This document shows, in pieces, positions 30,901 through 42,754 of a stretch of DNA of 64,000 bases (positions are counted from its first letter, which is position 1; each line of letters begins with the position of its first letter). The stretch is from Selaginella moellendorffii (lineage: Eukaryota; Plantae; Lycopodiophyta): contig NW_003314277.1 in NCBI RefSeq assembly GCF_000143415.4, positions 135,183 to 199,182 of the forward strand, in the 5' to 3' direction. Position numbers and translations under genes: made by a program. The notes beneath the pieces are model-generated. The model searched no databases, was not told the DNA's origin, and worked only from the letters and a program-made list of their open reading frames with translations.

Positions 30901-31543
30901 CGAGATAGCAGAGAAGGAGAAGGCATGGTTCTACCAAGACCCCAAGGCTATAGTCCAAGGCCCCTTCTCGTTCGAGCAGCTCAGGAAGTGGAGCTTGACG
31001 GGGCTGTTCCCGGCGGATCTCAAAGTCTGGAGGTCCGGCCAGCGAGAGCAGGCAGTTTTGCTAGTGGAAGCTCTAGCGGCGGCGCGTACGCCGGTGGCAG
31101 CGCCGGCGGCGGCTTGGGGTGCTCCACCACCTCCGGCGCTAGACACTGGACGGACAGGGGGCTGGGATAACACAGGTGGTGGTAGAAGTGGCTGGAACGC
31201 TTCGTCTAGAACAGGAGATTGGAGTAGCACAGGTGGTCATGAACGAGTAGGAGGAGGAGCTCCATCGCCGCCAAGTGACCCGTGGAGCCAGAATCCAGGG
31301 AGGTCCGACGGTGGTGGCGGCGGCGGTGGTAACTTCAACGATGGTCCGTGGGGTGCTCCTCCACAAGCACCGCACAGGAGTCCCGGATGGAGAGACCAGT
31401 CTCAAAACAGCGGCTGGGTGGACAGGGGCGATAGCTTTCGGAGCCCGAGAGTGCCTCACCAGCAGAAGAAAGGCACGCCATGCCGGTTCTACCAGAAGGG
31501 ATTTTGCAGGAACGGCGATTCGTGCCCATTCCAGCACAGTTGA
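27910..31543 (+). CDS. NERD-like PHD-SWIB-Plus3-GYF-CCCH protein
   Basis: PHD (DVCFVCFDGGDLILCD|CPKAYH), SWIB (GWASKEM...LWDHIKANKLQNP...IRCDEQLRSLFG), Plus3 (VVGTFVRIRV), GYF (WFYQDPKAIVQGPFS), WG/GW-rich tail and CCCH (CRFYQKGFCRNGDSCPFQH). Confidence 0.92.
30304..30370 (+). other. U12-type (minor spliceosome) AT-AC intron
   Basis: 5' ATATCCTTT, branch point TTTCCTTAAC (30351-30360) and 3' AC. Removal gives in-frame GRKKE|LRECVEKL. Confidence 0.93.
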
Positions 31544-31931
31544 GAGGAACGATTCATCGTAAGTTTCGGAAGTTTGGATCCTTCGTGTACCAGGTACGTT
31601 CGTTTTCCAGAGGACTGTACAAACGAGAACAAGAGATATATGTGACAGCTTCTTCTAGATCCCATCTCTCGAGGACATCGTCTCTCGGCCTCTGTTTTCC
31701 AGGCTCCCGTCCTGGAAAACAGGGGCCTTTTTTTTTTGGTACGGTCGTGATGAAGGTCTACCGTACTTTTGCCGTANNNNNNNNNNNNNNNNNNNNNNNN
31801 NNNNNNNNNNNNNNNNNNNNNNNNNNNNNNNNNNNNNNNNNNNNNNNNNNNNNNNNNNNNNNNNNNNNNNNNNNNNCTAGGGGAATCTATAGACTCACTT
31901 TTTTGCTTTGCTGGATTGAGCGAGTGGAGCT

Positions 31932-33587
31932 ATGGCGAAGCTCCTGGGCCGTTTCCCGGTGGCGTTTGGGGATTTCCAGCTCGCCAAGGGATCTGGCGAT
32001 GGCGCGCTCCAGCCGCCGATGGTGCGCGTGTTCTATCCGAGCGCCGCACAGCGGCAATCCAAGAAATGCCGCTGGCTGCCCGGCGTCGCCTACGCGTTTG
32101 GATACCTGTGCAATATGGCGCGGCCGAAGACGGCGATGCGCAGGGCGATGCTGTGGATCTTTGCGGGTAATCGTCTCCCTGTGGATGATCTCCTCGATTC
32201 TCTTGATTTATTCTATATTTTTTCTCGCAGGTGTGTTTTATGCAATGCTCTGGCCTGGGGCAGTGATCGCGGCCGCGGCAGCGCAGCCAATTTTGGTAGA
32301 GGATGGGGAGGAGAGATTCCCAGTGGTGGTTTTTTCCCATGGTTTGTGGGCTTGTAGAGCAACTTACAGCACGCTTTGCTCGGATCTAGCGTCGTATGGG
32401 TACAGTTATGTCGTTCTTCGAGCTTTTCTAGCTTTTCTTTCTGTTTGTTCGTGAATCTTTTCTAAACTTTGGGAAGTTGTCATGGCAGTCGTTGTGGCTC
32501 CGGAGCATTTAGATGGCTCCGCGAGCATTGCCAGTTACATTGACAACAAGGGATCGGAGAGATGGATTGAGCACAAGTACGCCAATTCAAACTTGCACGA
32601 TCTGAAAATGAAGGATCGCGGCATGCAACTCAAACAGGTGTGTCCAGGAAACTTTTTTTCTTTTTTCCTCCTCTTTGGTTCTTGTAGTTTCATGCTTTTT
32701 ACAATGTATCAGAGAGTCAAGGAGATTGAGCTCGTCCTTCATGGGCTCGACGAGCTAAACAATGGAAGTATAAGCTCCAACTTAGTCACTGGAGACTATA
32801 GCTTGGACGTTACCATGTTCAAAGGGAGGATGGACTTGGATCGAATAGCCATTGCTGGACATTCTTTTGGCGGAGCAACTGCGATCATAGCGCCTGGAGC
32901 TATCACCACCCGTTTCAAGTGCTCGCTCGGGCTAGACGTCTGGTGGGAGCCCGTGGAAAAAGTAAGCCCGCTTGATCTTTGATCTTCTCATGAGACTTTT
33001 TGCTCCGCAGGTAGACTATGAGAAGGTCTCTGGACATGTTCCCGTTCTCCTGCTTAACACTGAAAACTTCGATTGGAAGGCCTTGAAAGAAGCTCGTCTT
33101 GTGTATCTCAATGCAAGAGCTGGGACGAAAACCAAGGACGGGCAATCTCTTGAAACCAAGCTCTTGACGATCAAGGTCAGCTTTGCTTGATTTCTCTCAC
33201 TCGGGGAAGTTTACATTCATCTTCTCGCATTTGTAGCACACCGAGCACCAGGATCAATCTGATTTTCCATTGTTTCTTACGATGATGTCCAAGAAACTCA
33301 AGTAAGTTCGTACTGGTTCAAAGCTCGCTCCATGTTTCTCTTCGTTTTCTTTCCAAGGTTGTCTGGAGATCTCGACGTCCAGCTCGCGAAAGATATCAAC
33401 AGTAGAGCTTGCCTTGCGTTCCTTCAAAATCATATGCTTGCTTCTGGTAAAACTCTCGTCACTAAATCCTTCATGGAATTTATTTCCACGTTCTTTGTGT
33501 GTGTGTGTATGTACAGGCAAAAGGTATCCATCGTCCTTCCGTCCTGTGGAAAGCGATAACGAGTTCCTCGTGGGCGCAAGCATTTAA
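31932..33587 (+). CDS. PAF-acetylhydrolase-like alpha/beta hydrolase
   Basis: VRVFYPS, VVVFSHGL...TYSTLCSDLASYG, EHLDGSA, IAGHSFGGAT (nucleophile elbow), LDVW and HQDQSDFP; multi-exon GT-AG. Confidence 0.88.
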
Positions 33588-35604
33588 AACAACTCCAAAG
33601 GATATTCTATGAATAAACTCAAGACGTGGATATTCGGGCATATTGGATATTCATATTCATTAGAATGGAGATTTCTGTGAGAGCTCCTTTCTGGAGAGCC
33701 AACAGCGACAATGTACTATATTGGATGTGGATATGATCAATGCAGTTGTCTTAGAGTTCGCAATTTGCAAAGTACTTAAGTTTTTTGTCACTTGCAATCC
33801 ACAAAAGCTACACCTTATCCAAACTTATACGTGATAGTGCTTTAATTAATAAACTTTCTTAAACACCTAGTGTAGCTATTAAATGCAATTAGTGTGTGAA
33901 TAGACTTTTGCTTATATATAGGAAAGAGATTCAATCTGGTCGATATGCTACACTAATATTAGCGTTGTAGCAGTGGATGTATTTTCATAAATATTTTTCA
34001 TGTCATTATAAACTGTAAATTATTTTAGTTTCAATTAAAATAAATATTCATGAATAATTCATAATAAAAATAATTAAACTATTCGCATTCGGCTTCATGA
34101 TACCGCAAAGAATCAATAGGCTCATCAAACTTGGCAGGCAAGTTTGACACCACAGACCATACCACTTCATTTTCTTCCATTCATTGGAGCCCTCCCCATT
34201 CAAACATCATTGAATGGGCTGGTTTTGAAGAGGTGTCGGAGCTGCAGCTTCCCAATAAAGGTTCGGTTCATTGGACTTAAATAGTCACCTTCTGAGCAGC
34301 TGGTGATGGATTGATGAAAATGCATTTCTTCAAAACCAGCCCATGGTGTTCCTTCCAAAGCTTCTTGCTGCTCTTTGAATGCAGTTCCAAGACTCGTCCA
34401 AAAACAATATGATCAGCTACCCTGAAGATAAAGATGGAAGTCCTCTGGACTGATGAAAGAGGACAAGCTTGCTGTACAAGACAGGCGCACAATCTAGCTG
34501 GGCTACCTCATTTTCCTTGCTCAGAATCACGATATGGCTGCTTGCCTTCCACCGCTTGCTCATATTCCTCCTCCTGCATGTCGTTGTGCAAGAAGCAATC
34601 CAAGACATACAAGCAAGTGGTGAGCTGGATGCTGCCTCAAGAGTCTTCGGGGCACACTAACAAACATGCGCCACACAAAATACCCAAGCCAGGCAAATGC
34701 TTCGACGTATCTTTTGCTTCCAGGCCCGCATTATACGTACCAACGCAAGATCCGTGGAGAAGAATGTCGCTGTGTCAAGCCATCCCATAACAATAACTGC
34801 GGTGCAAAGCAAGAGCCCCGAAGAAATGCCCGTGCGAGGCAAAGGCTGCAACGTTCCCTGGCATTCTTGATACCACCAGCCAGCATCCCTCGAAGCATGA
34901 GCACACAGACATAGATCGATCGATGGCCCTGCTTTTACTCACCACCACCGGAGCTTCTCATGGAGTAGCAGCAGCCACGCCCGATCGCCATACCCTCATT
35001 GCGGCTGGGAAGAGCTCTGGCCTCGAGAGATCCCGGCCAGAGGATTCATGGCAAGCTTGTCAGCGATCGTGGGTCGGGAGAGCCATGGATTTGCGCTCCC
35101 AGGCTGTGTCCCATCTCTTCCAAGCCTGCCACTTCTCGGATCACAAAATCTGTTTGATCTTGTTTAATGTTTTGAGGTGGTCTTGGAACTCGTTTTTCTT
35201 TCTTTCTCGTGATACATACAGCAGAGATAGTCGAGTTTGATGCGCCGGAAGTGCTCTCGAGTAAACCTTCCAGGAATGTTTGACGAAGATTAACGGTATT
35301 ACATTAACACTCAAGACAAAAGTGCATCCCCGTGTGCCGTTTCTATTGCGAAACGAAACGAAAGTCCCAAAGTATCACACCTTGCATTCTCCCGAGAAGT
35401 CTTACTTCGGCCATTTTCACCGCACAAGATGTGCGACACATACAGTGGACACGAGCCAGGATCTAGATTTTGCCACGTACGATCCCCATACTACATAAAT
35501 ACCTGTGTGCCATTTGCCATAGCCATCTCAAACGTAGAAGAAAGTAGCTCATCGTAAATTCATTGCTCACTGATTTTTTGCTAGCTAACTCCCAGCTCAA
35601 AACA

Positions 35605-36353
35605 ATGGCACTCGTCACAGGCAGTGGTATCGCAGCTCTCTCTTCTTCCTCGCTCATCTCCAACAAGCTCCGTGTCCAATCGAAATCGCCCACAAGCTTC
35701 ATCGGCACAAGAAATCTAGTAGTAGTAAGAGCGTCCTCGAACAAATCAAGGGATGGTGGTGATGGCGGCATCAGTGGCGTTCTTGACGGCACCAAGAAGG
35801 AGATCACCCGCGAGGAGGTGCTCAAGAACCAGGCCGAGAACGAGTCGGAGAAGCGCTCCGTGTTTGGAGCCGTCCCATCGTCCGGATCGCTCTATCCCAG
35901 GCCAGAGGTCGAGAGGCGACCAGAGACTGGAGATCGATCGTTCCCCAGCTTGATGGCGTTCGATGGAGCCGGCCCGGAAACGATCAACGGAAGACTGGTA
36001 AGTGATTGTTGGTTGTTCTTCTAGATCTTGGCAAGTAACTTCGTGAACTTGACAAGCAGGCAATGATTGGATTGGTGTGGGCATTCGCGGTGGAGCGAAT
36101 GACGGGACAAACCGTGGCGGAGCAGCTCTACTCGCCGGGGAGCACTGGTCTTTTCCATTTCTTGGCAGTGGCACAGCTATTCGCGTACGCGTCGCTGGTG
36201 CCCATGTTTAAGGGCGAGAGCCCGGACAGCAGATCGTTTGGGCCATTTAGAGCCATGGCGGAGCGCTGGAATGGGCGAACCGCGATGCTTGGCTTCCTCG
36301 CCTTGGTGATCACCGAGTTTTTTACCAAGACTCCAGTGTTCCACATGATGTAA
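35605..36353 (+). CDS. ELIP: Early light-induced protein (ELIP) copy 2, exons 35605-35997 and 36060-36353
   Basis: Near-identical protein to the 14226-14985 copy, with the same intron position. Confidence 0.93.
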
Positions 36354-36466
36354 ATTTAATAGTTCTTAAACTGTTCTAGATTTCATTCTTTACAAAGATT
36401 GCTGCGTGAGAACGATGTGTTGGAAAATGGATCTGGACAGGCCGGGGATTGAACCTAGGACCGATG

Positions 36467-36790
36467 TGTTGGAAAATGGATCTGGACAGGCCGGGGATTG
36501 AACCTAGGACCTCCTACACCGGTGCCAGGTGCTCTACCACTGAGCTACCTGCCCTGGTTGTGTGTATCTTCAGCTTAGTTCTAACACTCCCCCCTAAGCT
36601 GAACACGCCACACATCCCTACCTGCCAGTCCATGCCTACCATAGGCCATCCAACCATAGCTCCGATACCATGTTGGAAAATGGATCTGGACAGGCTGGGG
36701 ATTGAACCTAGGACCTCCTACACCGGTGCCAGGTGCTCTACCACTGAGCTACCTGCCCTGGTTGTGTGTATCTTCAGCTTAGTTCTAACA
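36467..36790 (-). mobile_element. 324-bp miniature LTR retroelement (TRIM/SMART size) with tRNA-containing LTRs
   Basis: 120-bp LTRs 36467-36586 and 36671-36790 (TGTT...AACA, one mismatch seen); TSD CGATG; PBS minus TGGTATCGGAGC abutting the LTR; PPT minus AGGGGGGAG; 84-bp interior. Confidence 0.93.
36483..36554 (-). ncRNA. tRNA-like sequence (Ala-like scaffold, aberrant anticodon loop) inside the TRIM LTR; second copy at 36687-36758
   Basis: GGGCAGG TA GCTC AGTGGTA GAGC A CCTGG CACCGGT GTAGG AGGTC CTAGG TTCAATC CCCGG CCTGTCC A: 72 nt with a 7-bp acceptor stem, D arm, A box and B box. Confidence 0.85.
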
Positions 36791-37855
36791 CGATGCTCCT
36801 TGGACTATACAAAGATTGTGGCTTCATCGGATTCCTCACCCGCAAGAACCCTAAAAATTTATGGAGCTAGAAATTCGCTAGAAATTTCATTATTTTATGT
36901 ATAAGTTTACTGTGCTGTAACACTTCAGGGTGACCAAAATGACTGATCTGCTGCAAAAAAACATTGACAAGCTTCTTAAGTTAAAAGCAATCTTACCACA
37001 TTCTCTTATTTTTTAAGATTGAGAAAGCTCGCAAGTAGAAGGTGAAAGGTTCAAAACATTCTTAATACCCTCTTCCAACGAAAGTGTACTGATTCTTATC
37101 TTCCAACTAAGTAGAATAAATGGAAGCTTACCTCTCCTAGTTGGCCAGCAATCTAGTTTTTGTCCTTAGCCACAGAATAGATGTTAAAGTAGCAATGAGG
37201 AATTGCCTTTCAATGGAAAGAATTTTATCAAGTGCAATAGCAGAATGGTTTCCAAGTTTATGAAACAATAGATTTGGAAATTAAAATTTGGTAGCAATCA
37301 AAATGTATTATATATATTTTTTCAATGTTAATTTTTATAATAAAAATTTTGTTTTATTCTTAATACTTCTTATAAAATTATTTTTATTTATTACCTTTTA
37401 TGAAGATTTGAAGGTTACCAAAACCAAGTGATTTACAAAAGTTACTTATATTGTATAATAAAATTAAAAACTCTAAAGATGAATATTTCTACACACACAA
37501 AAAGTATATGGATATTTTCCTTTACTAATAAAGGAATATTATCATTTGAAGAACATTAAAGTTTCATTTCCACAAAAACTTCAACATAACCTTTTTTAGT
37601 GTATATTTAAAAAATAATCATCATTACAATGTCCTACCTATCAATTCTGTTATCATATAGTACCAGTAATTTTTGTAATGCCACTTTTTTTGTAATACTC
37701 TAAATTTTTAAATCATAATAATTAAAATAGATTATAAAAAGAAAAAATAATTCATTTTTATTATAAAAAATAGCTTAATAAATGCCAAAAACCCTAAAAT
37801 ATTTATAATAATATATAACTGTGAGGAAAGGGAATACAAAAAACATGCATATCAA

Positions 37856-40250
37856 TGTAGCACATTTTATCTCTCTCCTTTTAAGCAAACTGGAAAAGGG
37901 GTAATTGTTTGATGAGAGAGCCCTTAGTGGCTATTTTATCCCCATTTATTCCCCAAAATTCCAAGGATCCACAGTGACAGTATATTTAAATTTCATCCCA
38001 TGATTACATACGTTACACTCACCCCCCTTTAAAGATGTCAATGTCCTCATTGACTATTGATTAACAACCTTTAGTGAACTAAAGGGAACCAGCACTTCCA
38101 TTTTTATACTCAATCTACCTTTATTGAGCAAGGGGAACCAACACTTCCATTTCCACACTTAATTTACCAATCCTTCCATTGTGCAACCACAGTCCTACGG
38201 TACCCCCTTTAGAGATGTTAATGTCCTCATTGACTATTGACTAACAACCTCTACTGAGCCTAGGGGAATCAACACCTCCATTTCCACACTCAATTTACCA
38301 ATCCTTCCATTATGGAACCGCAGTTCCACGGTGCCCCCTTTAGAAATGTCAATGTCCTTATTGATTATTGATCTTACATGGTGCCCCTTTTAGAAATGTT
38401 AATGTCCTTATTGACTATTGACTAACAACCTCTATTGAGCCTAGGGGAACCAACACCTCCATTTCCACACTCAATTTATCAATCCTTCCAATTTACCAAT
38501 TGACATCTGGTTGGTCCAATTTGCTCTTGTTGGGCTCGACTTGAGGGGTAGGGTGTCAAGAGAGCTGTGACTCTCAACTTCCATTCACAAAGGCGTGAAC
38601 TTATAAAGAAGTGTAGTGAATTGTAAGCAACCAAAGAAAACGACTTGAGAGACGATCCGTTAGAGTTCAAATATAAAGGAAAAGGGCTTATAAATAAAAG
38701 TGCACCCCCTTTTTCAATTGGTTAAGGGTCTTGGGATACTTGGGGTTAAGCATCCTTGGGTTTGAATAATACTGGGCTGAGTAACCTCTTAGGAAGTCCA
38801 AATTCATGAGCTTACATGTAACACACCTTATCTCTCTCCTCTTAAGCCAACTGGAAAAGGGGTAATTGTTTGATGAGAGAGCCCTTAGTGGCTATTTTAT
38901 TTTTATTTATCCTCTAAGGTTCCAAGGATTCACGGTGACAGTATATCTAAATTTCATCCCATGATCACATGCACTACACTCACCCCCTTTCAGAGATGTT
39001 AATGTCTTTATTGACTATTGACTAACAACCCCTACTAAGCCAAGGGGAACTAACACTTCCATTTCCGCACTCTTTATTCTATGGTGATTTACTATAAGAT
39101 AACACCACGAAGCAGAAACTAAACCCTCCATGTGCCATATGTCAGATGCCACATGTCACATGCCATGTGTCAATAAAACAGTGGTGTGGAAACTAAGGTT
39201 CAAAGCCTTAGGCCACTAAACGAAGGAACGATGCCAAACTCCTAAGCATGGAGCCAAGGAATGATGGAACCAGACCACATACTTCCATTTCCACACTCAA
39301 TTTCCTATTGAGCTTAGGGGAATCAACACCTCCATTTCCACAAAGGAACTTAACACTTCCATTTCCACACTTAATTTACCAATCCTTCCATTGTGAAACT
39401 GTAATCTTACAGTTTCCATTTCCACACTTAATTTACCAATCCTTCCATTGTGAAACCGCAGTCTTATAGTGCCCCTTTTAGAGATGTTAATATCTTTATT
39501 GACTATTAATCTTACACGGTGCCCCACTTAATTTACTAATCCTTCCATTGTGAAACCGCAGTCCTACAGTGCCCCTTTTAGAGATGTTAATATCTTTATT
39601 GACTATTAATCTTACACGGTGCCCCTTTTAGAGATGTTAATATCTTTATTGACTATTAATCTTACACGGTGCCCCCCCTTTAGAGATGTTAATATCTTTA
39701 TTGACTATTAATCTTACACGGTGCCCCCTTTAGAAATGTTAATGTCTTTATTGACTATTGACTAACAATACCTCCATTTCCACACTCAATTTACCAATCC
39801 TTTAGAGATGTTAATATCTTTATTGACTATTAATCTTACACGGTGCCCCTTTTAGAAATGTTAATGTCTTTATTGACTATTGACTAACAATACCTCCATT
39901 TCCACACTCAATTTACCAATCCTTCCATTGTGGAACCTTCCATTGTGGAACCGCAGTCCCACGGTGCCCCCTTTAGAGATGTCAATGTCCTCATTGAGGA
40001 TTAGAAATCTTACGCAGTCCCACAATGGATACCTTTGTCTGTGGATACTCCACACAAGAAGAAATCTTATGCAGTCCCACAATGGATACCTTTGTCTGTG
40101 GATACTTTATCTCTCTTCCCTTAAGCCAACTGGAAAAGAGGTAATTGCTTGATAAGAGAACTTTTAGTGGCTATTTTATCCTCATTTACCCCCCAAGGTT
40201 CCAAGGATCTATAGTGACAATATATCCAAATCTCATCCCATGATCACATG
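37856..40250 (-). repeat. Mosaic tandem array of short LTRs and retroelement 3'-end units
   Basis: About 160-bp LTR copies at 37856-38017, 38817-38978 and about 40107-40250, the first two followed by a PPT (ctcaccccc). About ten copies of ccccttttagagatgttaatgtc..ttgactatt, plus a LARD-LTR fragment at about 39075-39275. Confidence 0.8.
38501..38816 (+). mobile_element. Degenerate Cassandra-type TRIM fragment (interior plus one 5S-containing LTR, 38622-38816)
   Basis: Collinear with 56246-56383 plus 55983-56178; 5S-like GTTAAGCATCCTTGGG...GGAAGTCC at about 38745-38799. Confidence 0.85.
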
Positions 40251-40808
40251 TAAGCCCAAAAACCCTAGTTTATATACAAGAGCGAGTGATTTAGATTAAA
40301 ACTAATCCAATTACTACTAAAATCCCATTACGCTAATATTAATATACGGCATTATAGCCGTACATTTGGACTTTACATCATCTAGCCCAAAACCTTGGCG
40401 TCACTTGGACCTCACATAACTTAATTTCATTGCTAAATTAGTATTAATTTATTTTACATATCTTCAACTTATTAATATATTGTACAAACTGTGAAGTAAA
40501 ATATAAATTAGGAAAACATAAAAAAATTCATACCAAAACAGTATATATTAATATATTATCTTATCTTGAATCTAGTATATTACTTGTTCATCATTCATCT
40601 ATTCTAATCAATTTTAGTTTGTTGAAATGGTTTTAAAATTGTATTAATTTTCATAATATGATAAATGAAAATATATAAGAACCCTTTACGTTTTATAATC
40701 TTAAACCTAACTTCTTATAGTTTCTATACCTTTATGAGAAAATGAAAAATAAAATATAAGAATACATTCACTTGCTGACAGATTAAACTCAATGTACAAA
40801 CAAAACAC

Positions 40809-42081
40809 TCATATACTAAGGCACTCCTCCAGCTTTCTCATCTTGTGAAACTCCAGAGCCATGAACACGTCCACGCTGCCATCTCCTTTGCAGCTAGACA
40901 GCACCAACACGTTCTTGGGCCTGTCGTTGACCGGGGCCGCAATGTCCCACCCAAAGTCAACGCCATCAAAAGGCAGCTTTGACCAGGGTGTGATGCCGCC
41001 GGGCAGTTCAATGATCCCGTGCCCATTGACCTCGCACCAGTCGATCTCCGACCGGATGTACTCCTCGTTCACGCTCGCGATTGCATCCCGGACCTTGCGC
41101 ACACACAGCGACAGCGAGCCATTGATAACCGAGTCAGCGGTGGTGTCAACGTACGGCGCCGCCACCACCGCGTTGCCCGTGAAGCCGTCGGGTAGCGCCG
41201 GGCTCTTGAGCTTGTCCCGGAGGTTCATCGCCACGAAGAGCTTGGCGATGGCGGATGGGTTCATCCCAAGAGCGGTGGTGCGTGCCTTCCAGACGTGGCC
41301 TGTGAGGGCCTCAAAGGTGGAGCAGCGGGAGACCTCTCCTCCCTCGATAGCTCTTTTTTGAGAAGATCGAGCTGCGCGAGAGAGAAGGAGAACGTCCTGA
41401 AGGCGTGCACGAGGCCGGATTGAAGAGCAGCTTCGCGGGAATGTCCGGGAGTCTCATGAGCTCCGGGTAGGCGTAGGAGATTCTCGGTGGCGATCGCGAG
41501 CGGAGCCCGATGGACTCGCCGCGAGAGATCCTGCCGATGTCGCTGAAGAACTGGCACCCCGAGATCCCATCAAACACGACATGGCTAGTGTAAATCCCGA
41601 CAATGAATCCCCCCACCTTCAAGAACACAAAGAAGAGCGACGAGAACAAAGAAAGAATGAAAATAGAAGAAGTCGAACAAGGGGATATCTTCGATCCTCT
41701 TGACATCAACCGGGTAAACGAGCAGCTTCCGGAAGTCTGGATTGGGAATTCGCAGATCGTCCAGCTCGGCGATGGTGGAATCGCAGTGGGCACCGGGAAA
41801 GTCTGCCCCAGCTCCATTGCACTCCACCTCAAGCCTCTTCTCTCGCTCGTTCACTCTGAATCTCCCCGCCGCGAAGTAGTATGGAATGAGAGCTTCGGCG
41901 AGAGCGTTGCGTACGTTACGTCTCCCGTGTCCGGGGACTGCACATCGTACATGAAAAGCATCTCGACGTGGAAGAACACTTGCTGATCCATGTTGCTGAG
42001 AAAGATGGTCTGGTTCTTGGTGTGACGTGCCGGTTTGATGGTCATTGGCTTCTCGGCGTAGACGTTCAAGCGCGAGGCCAT
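40809..42081 (-). pseudogene. BAHD acyltransferase, frameshifted
   Basis: IFLSNMDQ, HVVFDG (HxxxD), CSTFEALTGHVW, GFTGNAV, and DFGWD (degenerate DFGWG), spread over several frames. Confidence 0.85.
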
Positions 42082-42754
42082 CTTTGCTAGATTTTCACGA
42101 ATTAGTGAAAACAAATATCAAAGCTTTCTCTCGTGAAATCACATACCACGATCAAGAAAGAGCTTGTTCTAGCTTTTCCCGGATGAAGTGAAGCGAGTTT
42201 CCTGATATGAGAGTGCGGATAACATTTAAATCGAGAGCTCGGCCTGCTGAAGTTGGTGGCTGTGCATAGAAAGTCGCAAGTCAAATGTGTGCTTTGAAGA
42301 AATGCACTTTACGTAATCACGAAAAGTTCAATGTACTGCACCACTTGTGGGCGACCAAAATGACCGATCTACCGCATAGATCTGCATTGTCAAGCTAGAA
42401 ACACTGCTAGAATGCCGCATTATCCTATTGAGAAATCTAGCAACTGAAATTGGTGGGCTGCAGAGTGGAAAGTCAAAGTTTTGCTGCACCAAGAATCCAG
42501 CAATATCCAAAACATTCTTAATACCTTCTTCCAGAAGTCCACGAAGGTGTACTGATGCCCTGTTGTCCTGTTACAGTGAAATCACGAAACAATGCTTTGT
42601 GAAAACCAAGAAAACCAAGAAAGAACGGAAGCTTATCCCTATTAGCTCCTCCAAAATTGGCCAGCAATTAGCTAGACAAGAATTTCGTCCTTCGCAGCGG
42701 AATAGATGTTTGACAGCATGATGTATGGCAATGAGTCCTCCGGCTCACATTCGA

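Larger units (their letters stand above)
37820..40416. mobile_element. Solo-LTR-like element (TGTGAGG...CCTCACA) split by a nested array of retroelement fragments
   Basis: 7-bp inverted termini flanked by TAAC on both sides. The two halves (37820-37855, 40251-40416) match 48432-48590 in reverse complement. Confidence 0.55.

Noticed and set aside
34130-35140. Gene-like minus-strand fragments
   Set aside because: Coding-like composition but no consistent frame or recognisable family.
36483-36758. Two functional tRNA genes
   Set aside because: The anticodon loop lacks U33, the anticodon and T stems have mismatches, and both copies lie within LTRs of a TSD-flanked element.
39470-39990. CRISPR-like array
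   Set aside because: Eukaryotic context, the repeats are tandem without unique spacers, and they derive from retroelement 3' ends.
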